From assembly GCF_009914755.1 (NCBI RefSeq), contig NC_060932.1: DNA of 64,000 nucleotides. One strand, written 5' to 3'. Every line of letters begins with the position of its first letter. The first letter of the stretch is position 1. The notes beneath the pieces were generated by a model. It did no database searches. It had not been told where the DNA came from and worked only from the letters and a program-made list of their open reading frames with translations. This stretch comes from the human T2T-CHM13v2.0 reference genome, Homo sapiens. The position numbers were made by a program, and so were the translations under genes. Shown piece by piece: positions 25,276-39,350 of this stretch.

Positions 25276-27499
25276 ATTAATCGATCTCTCTCTTTTATTT
25301 GGTGGAAACTATGTTGAATGTTCCTGGGTAGGGGAAAGTGTAGATTGTCCTGCTGCATAATATCCACCATATAGGTATATTTTTAAATAGCATCACTGCT
25401 GCACTGACTTGGGAAATCAGCATTGTAAAAGGCTCTCCTCTATACAGAATGAGGCCATACATTCACGGGGCTGCTCATTGTCTCTCAAAGCAAAGAAATG
25501 CAATGATCTATTTTTCTCTTGGCTAGAACTTCTGTACAAGCAACTCAGGAATTAATGGTAGGATTACCCAGAAAGCACAGTAGAATCACCGTCGCCCTGC
25601 CTCATTTATCCATGAACACAGCTCCAACTGTAATTTGTGTCCTTTATCTTTAATGCCTGGGCACTAGTAGAATGAATGCCCTTTGTACAGGCAACACACC
25701 TGGGAGATGCTGCTGTAGGCTTCCTAATGAAAGCAAGGCATAGAACAAAAGGCAGGCGATGAGGTCTTCACAGAAACACCAGAAAAGCACGGGCTGCGCT
25801 TGTGATGATAATGCCGTGAAGGCTGCTCATACCTGAACATACCTTTTAACAACCTGCTCTAACACACACATTTCCCACTTTAAACCTTGCTTGATCAGTG
25901 GGACAATACTTTTAAACAGTAACCTTGCAAGAGGACAGACTAACTCAGTGATATAATAGCCTGTGCAGCAATTTATAGTTTAGGTATTGGTGTAAGTCAG
26001 GCTGAAAGTGGTTTATTGTCCTTGGAAACTTTGTCTAGTGACCTGGTATAATGAAGATTTGTGCAGTCTGGTTTTTGCAATTTAAAAATTATTCTCATGT
26101 TTTATCTGCAGATAAGTTGCAAATAAAAATCTATTCATTTGCAAAATTTTTGCAACTTATCCCATACCTATATATAATGCTACATATGTGTCAGTGACCA
26201 CTATTATTTTATTTGTATGTTTATAAATATTTATAAACAATTTGTGTGGAATTGAGTTTAAAAATTTTATTTAAATTTTCATTTTTAAGTTGTTGTAGAT
26301 TTAGCCTCCTTGTCCACAAAAATAGGCTTGTGAACCAAGCAAATTTGTATAATAGCTTAAAGGAATGATTTCACTGAACAAGCACATAGTTTTCCCCTTA
26401 AGCTGGTATAAAGCTATATATAATAGTGTATATGTTTCTTATATGTGAATTCAGATGCTGCATGGGGTCTGCTCTGAGATCTAACTCTATGGGAAGATTA
26501 AATGATGAGGGCCAAGAAATCAGACCCAGGTATGTTAGAAAAAAAGGAGGGAATTTCTATCATTGTGTAATTTATTCATTCAATTCTATGTAATCTTGTA
26601 TATATTTACATATTATATAGGATTATGAATACCAAATTATTTTTCAGAATTACTCACACTTTTACCCTTTTAGCCTCTAAATGAGGCATTTCTTAAGGCT
26701 TTTCTTACTTGTTTTCTTAAAATTCTGCTTCACTTATACATGTATTTTTCATTTGCACATGAATGTTTTACAGTTTCTATCTTGAGCTTCAGTTCTGCAT
26801 CTCCAACTGCTTCTTAAACAATCCACGCACAACACATGCAGCAAAATCAATACTATTTTAGCTCCTCCTATGGTCCAAGTGCTCTGTGAGGTCCTGCAAG
26901 GATACAGTGAGGAAATAGGCTTGGCTTTTATCTTCCCTGACTCTCTAGTAATCACATGTAAATAGCTTTAATAAAGCATGATATAATCAACCGCTGAGTT
27001 AAGCTAAGTATTCTAGGATTAGGGAGAGAGAGAACCTGACTTTCATTAGGGGGATTTGAGAAATATTATGGTGCCAGTAGGGTCAGATTTTGATGGATAC
27101 AAGAAAGAAGGGAGGAAACTGCCGTAAGGAGGGGCTTCCAGAAAGGAATGAAGCTGAAAACAAACCCTGTTCAAGGAACAATGAGAACATCAAGAACTGC
27201 AGCTGCGAGGACTCCTGGGTGAGATGAGGCAAGTGTGGGGCACTGTAGGTGGAGTAGCAGCCGAAGAGGTATGAAAGGTGAGTCAGGCCCCTCTACCACA
27301 AGGGCCTTTGATGGCCAGGCTGAAGAGTCTGAGCTTTCTTTGGAAAGCAGTGGGAAGGCATGAAAGGTTAAGGAGGTATGTGTGTCTTAGAAAGATGCCT
27401 CTGAGGACAGAGGGGAACTTCGCTGGAGACAGATTCCAAGTAAAGAGACTGAGATAAGTCATGGGTGTGACCTTTGAAAATGTCCCAGAGTCCAAGGGA

Positions 27500-27710
27500 C
27501 TTGAGTTTGAACACCAACTCTAGCACTTTCTAACTGTGTAAACGTGGCAGATCATTCATCTCTTCGAGTGTCATCTTTCAGTCTGTAATGTGGGGCTAAG
27601 AGACTAGTTGTCAGTTTAAAATGACAATATGTATAAAGTAGGCACCACAGTGCCTGGCACATACTTAGTAAGCATTCCCAAATTTTAGCTAATAGTATTA
27701 TTATTATTGT
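27500..27710 (+). mobile_element. MIR
   Basis: agtttgaacaccaactct...ctgtaatgtgggg...acagtgcctggcacata. Confidence 0.65.
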
Positions 27711-27744
27711 CTATAATTTTAGATAGACTCAGTTAAGTACAGGA

Positions 27745-28515
27745 CATATTTATTCATTCAGCCTTCTATTCACTCAACAAATTACTCAGCATCTACTTTG
27801 GCCAGTTGCCTTTTAGGTATTGGAGATAAAATTATGAACAAAAAGTTCCTGACTTCCTGGAGTTTATGTTCTACTGAAGAGAGACAAAGAACAAACAGAC
27901 CAATGTGTAAATAAATAGCGAGATAGGTGAAAAGTACTATGGATAGGTACAATGTACCATATTCCTGGTTTGCCTGGAAAAGTCTCAGTTTCTATGTCAC
28001 CTATAGTAATTATTAATAGTGCCTCCTTTCACTGCATAAATGTCTCTTTGGATAATAAATTATATGGTCACCCCAGATATAGAGAATAAATGAGCAGGGC
28101 AAAAAAGAGGGAGAATCCTGGCACAGGTCTAGGATGGGGGTTACCATTTTATTATGGGTGGGGATTACCATTTTATTATGGTTTGTTAGGGGTTTCACTA
28201 CTAAAGTGTCTTCTGAGCAATGATTTGAAGGAAGGAAGCGAACCACGCATGTATCTGAGAAAAGAAATTTCCAGGCAAATGCAAAGGCTCTGAGGTAAGA
28301 GCATGTTTGGCATAAACAAGGATTAGTAACAAAGCTGTCATGCCTGTAGACAGTGAATGAGGTGAAGAATAACAGGATATAAGATTAGAGAGGCCCAATC
28401 ACTTCTGTCTTTGTGGGCTGCCAGAAATAACAGTAAATAAGGACTTGGACTTTTCTCTGAATGAGTTGGAAGGCAGTGAAAAATTTCAGCAGAAGGGTAA
28501 TATGAGCCAATGCAT
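27745..28515 (-). mobile_element. L2 3' portion (continues at 35745-36475 beyond the L1)
   Basis: attcattcag tail, ctggagtttatgttctact, ttccaggcaaatgcaaaggctctgaggt, aaggacttggacttttctctga. Confidence 0.65.
27950..28075 (-). mobile_element. MER94-like hAT MITE inside L2
   Basis: accatattcctggtttgcctgg...taattattaatagtgcctcctttcact...tttggataataaattatatggtcaccc. Confidence 0.65.
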
Positions 28516-29083
28516 TAATTTTTTTTCCAGCTTTATTGACGTATGATTGAAAAAGGAAAATTGTGTAGATCTAAGGTGTACAATGCTATGTAAGTATTCA
28601 TTGTGAACAGATTACCTCAATCATGCTAATTAACTGTATACTTTTAATAATATTTGAAATCCACACTGTTACCAAGGTGTACATTAGATCCCCAGAACTT
28701 ATTTTTAACTGAAAGTTTGTATACTTTGACTAACATCTCCTCATTCCCGCCACCCCCCCGCCCCATAACCTTTGGTAACCAACATTCTATTCTGTTACTG
28801 ATTTTAACGTTTTTAGATTCCACATAAGTGATGTCATACAGTATTTGTCTTTCTGTGTCTGGCTTATTTCACTTAGCATAAGGTCCTCCAGGTTCTTCCA
28901 TGTTATAGAAAATGGCAGGACTTCCTTCTTTTTTAAGGCTGAATAATATCACATTGCATATGTGTGTATACATATACACACACTACATTTTCTTATCCAT
29001 TCATTCATCAATGGACACCTAGGTTGTTTCCATATCTTAGCTATTGTGAATAATGCTGCAATGAATTTATCTCTTTGACATAA

Positions 29084-29250
29084 TTTTTTTTGAATTTTTT
29101 CCAGCTTTATTGAGTTATAATTGACAAATATTATATATATTCAAGGTATACAATATGATAATATATGTATACTTCTATGTATATACACACATTGTGAAAC
29201 GATTATCACAAACACATTAATTAATATACCCATCACCACACATAGTTAAT
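29084..29250 (-). mobile_element. Short L1MA 3'-end fragment nested in the host L1M
   Basis: Second ttttttccagctttattgag...cccatcacc block interrupting host ctctttgacata|...gatttcatttcc. Confidence 0.7.
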
Positions 29251-29656
29251 GAACTAGTGATTTCATTTCCTTTGGATATATACCCAGAAGTGGGATTGCT
29301 GGATCGTATGATAATTCTGTTTTTAATTTTTTGAGGAAGCTACATACTGCTTTTTATAATAGCTGTACCAATTTATATTTCTACAAGCAGTGTACAAGGG
29401 TTCCCATTTTCCACATCCTCTGCAACACTGTTATCTTTTCACTTTTTTGATGGTATCCATCCTAACAGGTGTAAAATGATATTTTACTATGGTTTGGATT
29501 TGCATTTCTCTGATGATTATTGATGTTGAGCACCTTTTCATATACTTGCTGTATATTTGTATGTCTTTATTGGGAAAATGTTCAGGTCCTTTGCTTGTGG
29601 TTTTTTTTCTGTTATTGAGTTTCTTCTATATTTTGGATATCAAGCCCTTTATACCA

Positions 29657-29828
29657 TATATATATATGTTTACATACATATATATATGTTTACATACATA
29701 TATATGTTTACATACATATATATGTTTACATACATATATATGTTTACATACATATATATATGTTTACATACATATATATATGTTTACATACATATATATG
29801 TTTACATACATATATATATAGTTTACAA
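29657..29828. repeat. Minisatellite (TA)nTGTTTACATACA, 9 units of ~18-21 bp
   Basis: Nine gtttaca cores counted between 29668 and 29827. Confidence 0.95.
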
Positions 29829-30661
29829 ATAATCTCTCATTATGGAGGTTGTCTTTTCATTTTGTTGATTATTTCCTTTGCTGTGCAGAAACATTTAAAT
29901 TTAATGTAGTTCCACTTGTTTATTTTTGATTTTGTTCCTGTGCTTTTGGTGTCACAACCAAAAACTCATTGCCCTGATCAATGTTAAGGAGCTTTTTCCC
30001 TGTGTTTTCTTCTAGGAATACATGGTTTCAGGCCTCATGTTTAAGTCTCTGGTAGTTCTTTATAGCAATGCAAGAACGGACTAATACACCTGGACACTGA
30101 TCTCATCTGGTGAAAGACTGTGGGTAATCAAAGCATTTCTGCGGAGTGGTTGCAAGGCATGCCTGCGACGAGACAGGTTGTTGGCAGTGAGTGAGTGTAG
30201 CATTGTTCTTTCTCAAGATTGCTTTAGCTGTCTTCTTGATCTTGTGGTTCCATGTAAATTTTATGGTTTCATACAATTTTTAATATTACTTTTTTTGTTT
30301 CTGTAAATAAATGTCATTGAAATTTTAACAGAGATTGCATTCAGTCTGTAAATTGCTTTGGGTAGCATGGACATTTTAACAATATTAATTGTTCCAGTCC
30401 ATAAACATAGGACATCTTTCCATTTATTTGTGTCTACTTCAAATTCTTTCATCCACGTTTTACAGTTTTCAGTGTACAGATTTTTCACCTCCTTTGTTAA
30501 ATTTATTCTTTGTTACTTTATTCTTTCTGACACTGTTGTAAATGGAACTTTATAAAGAATAATATGTTTCGGGTGTTTATTAAATATAGAAACACAGCTG
30601 ATTTTCGTGTGTTGATTTTGAATCCTGCAACTTTACTGAATGTGTTTAGTAGTTATGATAG

Positions 30662-31149
<488 letters not shown>

Positions 31150-32228
31150 TCATAGAGGAAAAGCTTTCAATCTTTCACCATTGAGTATGATATTAGCTGT
31201 GAGCTTGTCACATATGGCCTTTATTATGTTGAAGTATGCTTATTTTATACCTAATATGTTAAGAGTTTTTTTATCATCAAAGATAATGAATTTGTCAAAT
31301 GCTTTTTCTGTATCTATTGAGATGAGCATATGTTTTTTGTCTTTCATTCTATTAGTATTGTGTATCACATTTATGGATTTGCATATGTTAAACCATCCTT
31401 TCATCCCAGGAATATATCCAACATGCTCATAGGATATGATTTTTTTAATGTGCTCTTGAATTTGGTTTGCTAGTATGTTTTTGAGGATTTTTGCATCTAT
31501 GTTCAACAGGGATATTAGCCAATAAATTTATCTTCTTTTAGTGTGATTTTCTGGCTTTAGTATCAAGGTATTGGTGACTTCCTAAAGTAATTTTGAAAAG
31601 ATTCCCTCCTCTTAAATTCATGGGAAGAGTTTGAAAATCACTGATATTCATTCTTCTTTAAATATTTGGTAGAATTCAACAGTAAAGCAATCTGTCCCTG
31701 GGCTTTTCTTCATTGACAGATATTTAATTACTGATTCAATTTCCTTACTTATTATTAATTTGCTCAGATTTCCTATTTCTTCATAATTCAGTCCTGGTAG
31801 GTTATATGTTTCTAGAAATTTATCCATTTTTTTCTAGGTTGTCCAATTTGTTTGCACATAATTGTCCTTAGTATCTTATGATTCTCTGTATTTCTGGGCA
31901 TCAGTTGTAATGCCTCTTCCTTCATGTCTGATCTTTTGAGTCTTCTCTCTTTTTACTCAGTTTTAGCTAGAGATTTGTCAGTTTTCCTTACCTTTTCAAA
32001 GACACAAACTCTTGGATTCATTGAGCTTTTCTATTGTTTTTCTCATCGCTATTTTATTTATTTCTACACTGTTCTTTGTTATTTCCTGTCTGTTCACTTT
32101 GGGTCTAGCTTGTTCTTTTTATCTACTTCTTTGAGGTATAAATTTAAATTGCTTATTTGATATTTGTCTTTTTTTCTTCATGTATTCATTTATTGCTATA
32201 AGCTTTCCTTTTAGAAATGCTTTCGAGG

Positions 32229-32544
32229 TTTTTGGTTTATTTGTTTGTTTGTTTGTTTTTCTGAGGTGGAGTCTCACTCTGTCGCCCAGGCTGGAGTGCG
32301 GTGGCGCGATATAGGCTCACTGCAAGCTCAGCCTCCCAGGTTCACGCCACTCTCCTGCCTCAGCCTCCCGAGTAGCCGGGACTATAGGTGCCCGCCACCA
32401 CTCACGGCTAATTTTTTTGTATTTTTAGTAGAGACGGGGTTTCACTGTGTTAGCCAGGATGGACTTGATCTCCTGACCTCGTGATCCGCCCACCTTGGCC
32501 TCCCAAAATGCTGGGATTACAGGTGTGAGCCACTGTGCCTGGCC
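32229..32544 (-). mobile_element. AluY inside L1M
   Basis: ctgcaagctc, ggttcacgcc, tgtgttagccaggatgg, ctcgtgatcc; (GTTT)n tail. Confidence 0.93.
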
Positions 32545-35500
32545 ATGAGTTTTGATATGTTGTGCTTCCATTTTCATTTGTCTTAAGATATTTTTAAATT
32601 TGCCTTTGATTTACTATTTGACCCATTGGTTGCAGAGGAACATGTTCCTTCCTACATATATGTTAGTTTTTCATTTTTTTTCCTGTTACTGATTTCTAAT
32701 TTCATATCATTGTGGTAAGAAAATATATTTGATATGATTTCAATCTTCTTAAGTTTATTAAGACTTATTTTGTGGCCTAACATATTGTATTCTGGAGAAT
32801 GTTTCTTATGTGCTTTAGAAAAATGTGTATTCTTCTGCTGATGGATGGAATATTCTGTATAGGTCTTTTGGTCCATTTTCTCTAAAGTGTAGTTTAAGCC
32901 CAATGTTTTCCTATTGATTTTCTATTTGGAATTACCTATCCATTGTTGAAGGCAGGGTGTTGAAATCCCCTACTATTATTGTTTTGCTGTTAATTTCTTC
33001 CTTCAGATATCTTAATACCTCCTTTATATAACTAGGTGTTTCAATGTTGATGGCATATATATTTACAAATGTTAGATCCTCTTCATAAGTTGACCCCTTT
33101 ATAATGACCTTCTTTATCTCTTAACAGCTTTGGAATTAAAGGCTATTTTTTTCTGATAGAAATATAACTATCCCTGCTCTCAACTGGTTTCTACTTGCAT
33201 GGAATATCTTTTCCAATCCCTTCACTTTCAGCCTGTGTGTGTCCTTAAAGCTAAAGTAAGTCTCTCATAGGAAGCACAGAGTTGGGTCTTGGTTTTCTAT
33301 CCATTCAGCTACTCTCTGTCTCTTGATTGGAAAATTTAGTTCATTTATATTTAAAGTAATTATTGATAGATAATGACTTACTATTACATTTTGTTAATTG
33401 TTTTCTGTTTTATAGTTCCCTTCTTCCCCTGTTGCTATTTTCCTTTGTGATTTGATTATTTTCTATAGTGGAATGCTTTGATTCCTTTCTCTTTATCTTT
33501 GGTGTATCTACTGTAGGATTTTGCTTTGTTGTTACTGTGGGGCTTACATAAAACATCTTGTATATATAGCAGTCAAATTTAAACTGATAGCAACTTAACT
33601 TCAACTGCATACAAAAATTACGTTTTTACTTCTTCTCTACTCCACATTTTAGTTTTTACTGTCATAATTCATTTTAAAATGTGCATCCATTAACAATTTA
33701 TTTAGTTATGGTTATTTTCAATACTTTTAAACTTTATGAGTTAAAAGTGATTTAAATACCACTATTACAGTATTAAAATGTTCTGAATTTGACTAAATAC
33801 CATATCACTGAATTTTATACTTTCATGTATTTTCATGTTACTAATTTGCATCTTTTCATTTTAGCTTGAAGAACTTGAATTTCTTGTAAGGCAAGTCTAG
33901 TGGTGACAAACTTCCTCAGCTTTTGTTTGTCTTGGAAAATTTTTATCTTTCCTTCATTTCTGAAGAACAGCTATGCTGAATAAACTATTCTTAGTTGGAA
34001 AATTTTTCTTTCAGCAGTTTGAATATGCCATCCTACCTTCTCTTGGCCTGCAAGGTTTTTGCTGACAAATCTGCTAATAGTCTAATGAAGCTTCTTTTCT
34101 ATGTGAAAAGTCTTTCTCCTGCTTCTTTCAAAATTATCTGTCTTTGATTTTCAACAATTTGATTACTTTATGTCTAAATAAAATTTTTTTTGCATTGAAT
34201 CTGTCTGGGAGTCTTACAGCCTCATATATTTGGATATCCATATATCTCCCAAGGTTAGGAAGTTTGAAGCCATTTTTTATTTAATTAAACTTTCTGTCCC
34301 TCTCTTTTTGTATTCTTCCCTGGAACCTCCATACTGCTTATTGTATTTACCTCCATGATGTCCTATAAATTCTGTAAGCTTTCTTTATTCCTTATCATTA
34401 TTTTTTCTCCTCTGACTGAATAGTTTCAAGTAATCTATCTTTGAGTTCATAGATTGCATTCTCCTTGATGAAATCTGAAACTTCTTATTGCATTTTTCAT
34501 TTCATTACGTTTTTTTCAGCTCCAGAATTTCTGTTTTATTTAAATGATTTCTATCTTTGTTTAACTTCTAATTTTGTTCATGTATTATTTTTCTGATTTT
34601 GTTGAATTGTCTATTTTTGTTCTCTTGTAGCTCACTGAACTTCCTTAAAACAATTAATTTGAATTCACTGTCAAGCAATTCATAGATCTCCATTTCTGTT
34701 GGGTCAGTTACTGGAAAATTATTGTTTTCCTTTGGTGGTGTCATGGAAACATGTTTCCTTGATTTTTAATGTTTTTTGAAGTCTTACATTGCTGTCTTTA
34801 GATTTGGAGAAGCAATAACCTTCAATTTTCACTGACTGATTTGGGGAAAGAACTACCTTCACCTGTCAGCCAGACTAGAGATTCCGAGGCCCTCTCAGAC
34901 CTTTTCTATGGATATACCCACTCCACACTTCTTGTTTCCTCTTGGAGGAGAACTCTTTAGATTCTCTCAATCCTACAAGGCCTAGCTGGATGATCAGTCT
35001 CCTGTTTGTTTTCCCTGGTGGGATGGAGTTGGGGGTGACCTGACATGCTCAAGTTTGTGTGCCTTCTAATTCTGTGGAGTTGAGCTTGAGGACCACAGGT
35101 GCTTGTGAGCCACCTGCAAATGCTCACACTTGATATCTGGGGGGCACATGAAGGGAGCTAGTCATATAGGAGAGATGGAAGGGGAGATATATGAAGCATT
35201 GGAGTCACCTGTGTGTCAGTTGATAGGAGAGTCTGTAGGTGAGGAATTTCAAGCCCCTTGCAGAGAGTCCTCTTGCTTGAGTCTGTCAAGCATTTAGTAG
35301 GATACACAGACTTTTGTTGAGTTTTGAGACCTAATTGCTGTGAGTCCTTGCCTCTGTTTTCTGCTCTCAGCTTCTCCTAGCCATTCAGCTGTGTTAACAC
35401 CCTTAGTCCTATTGGTAGGACCAGAAAGAGGTAGGCTTCTTTGGCAGCATCTTGCATGGCTGGGGAAGGCAGGACTCACTGCACTCACTTTCCTCTGTGG

Positions 35501-35744
35501 AAGGACTCGTGGGCCAAGGACTTGAGGGTCTTTCTTGGCATTGAACTATGTCCCCTTGGGGTGGGGTAATGAGTAAAATGAAACTGTTTTTCTTATCCAC
35601 TTCAATATGTGTGTTTTGTTATTTTTTGCTCCAATGGTGTGCTTGTACTTCTCCACTGGACTTCTGCCTATCAATGTAAGTGCACTGTGGGGAGATGATG
35701 GTAGAAAATGATTCCACCATTTTCTGATGTCAACCTTGAACTAT

Positions 35745-36475
35745 TATATTTTAAAAATATCACCTTGTACTACATAGGATGGCAAGGGTGGAAGCGGAGA
35801 GATGATTGAAGACTGTAATAATGGAAGAAAGAAATGATGGAGTCAGGGTGGTAGCAGTGGACAGGGTTAAATTATGCATATATTTTGAGAGTAAAACTGA
35901 CAGAATTTGCTATGGATTGAATGTGGAGTGGGAAGCAAGAGTGTTTTTAAGAATGACTCCAAAATCTTGGGCCTGAGCAACTGGAAAAAGGGAGTTGCCA
36001 TTTAGAGATATGGCAAAGATGATGACAGGGACAACTTTGGTGATGTGGGTGGAAGAAAATTGGGAGCTTAATTTTATTATCCCTCTTTCTATTAGAGATC
36101 CAATAGGACATATAGAATAGATAGTTGGATAAAGGAGTTTGTTGTTCAGGGAAGAAGTCCGGGATGGAGATATAAACTTCAGAATCTTCAAAATGTAAGT
36201 GAAATGTGAAATTGGAAATTACAAGACTAGATGAAATCATCTATTAAGTGATTAAAGCCAGAGAAGAGGAGAGGTCTAAGGACTGAGCCTGAGCCTGAGT
36301 ATGTCAACATTTAGACGCTGAGGTGATAGAAAAGGAGTGCCTATGCAGTAAAATGAGAACCACAGAAGTGGCATCCCAGCAGTCCAGTGAAGGGTAAATT
36401 TCAAGTAGGAGGGGTGATAAGCTGCGTCAAATGCAGCTGATAGGGCAAGGAACAAAATTGAGTTCAGTGTTGACA
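35745..36475 (-). mobile_element. L2 continuation
   Basis: aatgactccaaaatcttgggcctgagcaactggaaa, ctaaggactgagcct, gtcaaatgcagctgatagg. Confidence 0.75.
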
Positions 36476-37164
36476 CTCCTAGGAATTGTTTTGTAAATGA
36501 GTACCAACTACATCATAAATACTGGAGGCATTATAATATAATTTGCATAGCATTTCATTTCCACATTCCATTCTCATTTTCTATCCATCAACCTAAAACA
36601 AGTAAGTGGTCATTGGGCAGGTTCTTTTAAGCAGGCATCTCATTTTAGACACCAGGAAAATAACTACTTATTTTCTTCTAAAGAGCTCCAGGAATGAACT
36701 CTTCACACTCTCTGCCAGCCATTTTTGTGTTTTATCAACTTGAAGTTGAATACATTTATCTTTATGTTTAACTGAACTCTATCTTTAGGCTCATTTCTTC
36801 CTGTCAGGTCCTCTGCCAATATGGAGAGCAACCAATCACCATCACCTTCATAAAAATGCCCTCTGTGTACTTGAAACTGGTAATCAGATCACCTCTTAAC
36901 CTGCTCTTCTGTAGGATAAACAATACTGCTGCCTTTCATCTTCACTTAAAGGCCCTACTTTTACCTCTTCATGCGTATGAAGATGGCATATTAAGTAAGT
37001 ATGGTCTTCTGTGGGCCTTCTTTCCCCTGAGTCCCACAGATGTAACGTTTTATAATATTTATAATTCACAACCATATATTTACTTATAAGAAGCAAAAGA
37101 ATGAATTTCTTCTAACTTAGATTATTTGATCTGATCTTAGTGTGCGTACTCCAAGAGTGCACAT

Positions 37165-37236
37165 TTGTGTGGTCTGTGTGTTTGTGTGTGTCTGTGTATT
37201 GTGCATCTCTGTGTGTGTGTGTCTGTGTCTGTGTGT
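37165..37236. repeat. Imperfect (TG)n/(TGTC)n microsatellite
   Basis: Directly visible. Confidence 0.85.
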
Positions 37237-39149
37237 AAGCTGACAGAGAGCAAGAGCACCTGACTCACAATTTAGCTCAAAGAAAATCACTTTACCTCTG
37301 GTGGTTGCTTGCCAGCCAGCATGGTCATTCAGCTGCTTTCATTTATTAGCAAGATTCCATATTTCAGTATATCTGTGTGCCCTTGAAATGTCTGAAGCAT
37401 TTGTCTTGCTTCTAAAATAGATAATAAGCTGGGTCTTTATCCAAGGAGCTTGGCTTCCTATCACGCTATTCACTTTTGTCCTGCCTCCAAAATATCCTAT
37501 ATCCATCCTTCAAGTTTTAATTTTTGGGCTATTGGAAATAATGACAAGTAAGCAGAAAAGCAACCTCAGAAGGAAAGGATTCAAGATCATAGAGTACAGA
37601 TGGCAGGTGCTTCAGAAAGCAAATGGTCCTTAGAAGGGATATTGCAGCCTTATGGCTGAACAGGGGTCCCTAATGCACCAAGCATTTGTTGATTGTAGAG
37701 GGTATTTTAGTTAGCTGAAATTTTACACATTTTACATCTTGTGACATGAGTAATATCTCATGCATTTAATTCCATTTTAGCCACTCACCTTGGCTAAACA
37801 ACTAATATGTCAATCAGCATCTAGGGTTTATAAACTGCTTGATTTTAATTTTTTTATATGTAAAATAGAGTATTCTGTAACCGTGAGCTGGAAATGCACT
37901 TTGATATACATTAAAACAAAAGAAGCTCTGTACAATGGGATGCTTTATTTGTGGGAATATCCACAGTGGAGAGGAAACCAAGGCACTTTACTAAGAAGAT
38001 TTATAATTGTTTGGCTGCATCCAGATTCCCTAATTGTATCTGTGTCTGCAATCACTGATGTGCTGATCCAATTCAATATTCTGAAGCCTTGATTTTCTCG
38101 AAGGTTAAAGCTAAAAATAAAAGCAACACTGCTTTGTAATTTCTATTGATCCTGAGTTTATAATATCTTTGGCACTGGGGGGGATCATTGCTTATCCTGA
38201 CGACCACAGTTTGCTTTTAGTCTTAGCTACTGATGCTATTAAATGGGCAGGTGAAATGTTCTCTGGAATGTTTTCTCTTCCAAGTGTTTCACACTTTACA
38301 CAGAATATGTTAAAATAATAGGCCTTCATGCCATAAACCCACAAATGTGAGAGGGAGAAAATCCAGCTCCTCTATGCTATCTCACCCCTGCTGACTGCAG
38401 AGGTCTCTGAACAGTAGGGAGGCATAAATAAAATTTATCACTAGAGAAGTCTTCCAAAAGACTAGAAAGGTGAAAGAAAGTGTGTTTCTCTAGTAGATGG
38501 TATTTTCCATAGGGTAGGATGAGGCTTCCAGACCTTAAAATAACCACATTTATTCCTTGTGGAGCTTGGAGCTGGAAAACAGCAAAGCATGCAGTGGTGC
38601 ACAAATGTGCACTGAAATTTTTAAAATGTTCACTGACCTTTTGGGAGCCTTCATGCTGTTTAAGAATCTGCTGACCTACCGGCAATTACTGCACATAAAT
38701 GCCTAGCTTCTGCTGGGAATTCAACTTTCAGCTTTTGCTTGCTGCTTTTCTCCTTTCCTCCTTTCTCCAAGCAACCATGTTCTGCAGCAAGACCCTGATT
38801 GCCTCAGACCACAGGGAAAGCGTGGGGCCAGCCTCTCTGCCTGGGCTGGCTCTATACTGCTGTTTGCTTGCAAACATTCAGTTATCAGGAAATGTGGAGT
38901 CAGCTCCATTCCTACTCCAGTTAATTTTCTTCACCCCATGCAGTGGGTTTGTCTCTTCTGCTGCCCCAGCTGTTCTTGCTTTTCCCAAGGTGGCAGAGTA
39001 TGCCCCAGCTGCAATCGTGCTTCCTACAAACTTCCTTAGTTGCCTACTTGACCTCAGCTGCCTGGCCTAGATTTTTCATTTCCTGAGACTTCACACCAAC
39101 ATTAAAAACTTAATGGTGACTGCTGCAGCAATAGCTGACAATGGCATTA

Positions 39150-39350
39150 ATGGAGAGGGTGGCATGGTGTTTACTCAAGTCAGACCTGGGTTCAAATTCT
39201 GCCTCTGTTACCGTTATCTTAGGTGAGTTGCTTAACTTTTCTGAGCTATGTTTTCTTCAGCTGTAAAGTGAAGATATTGTTAGTTTGCTATAAGGATGAA
39301 AAAAATACCATGTAAAACTTCCAGCATATTGTAGGCCTTTCCTAACATCA
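39150..39350 (+). mobile_element. MIR
   Basis: agtcagacctgggttcaaattctgcctctg...ttgcttaactttt ctgagc. Confidence 0.7.

Noticed and set aside
29489-29832. ORFs with repeated YICLHT / YMFTYI peptides; CRISPR-like appearance
   Set aside because: Translation of an AT-rich minisatellite; no unique spacers, so not a CRISPR array
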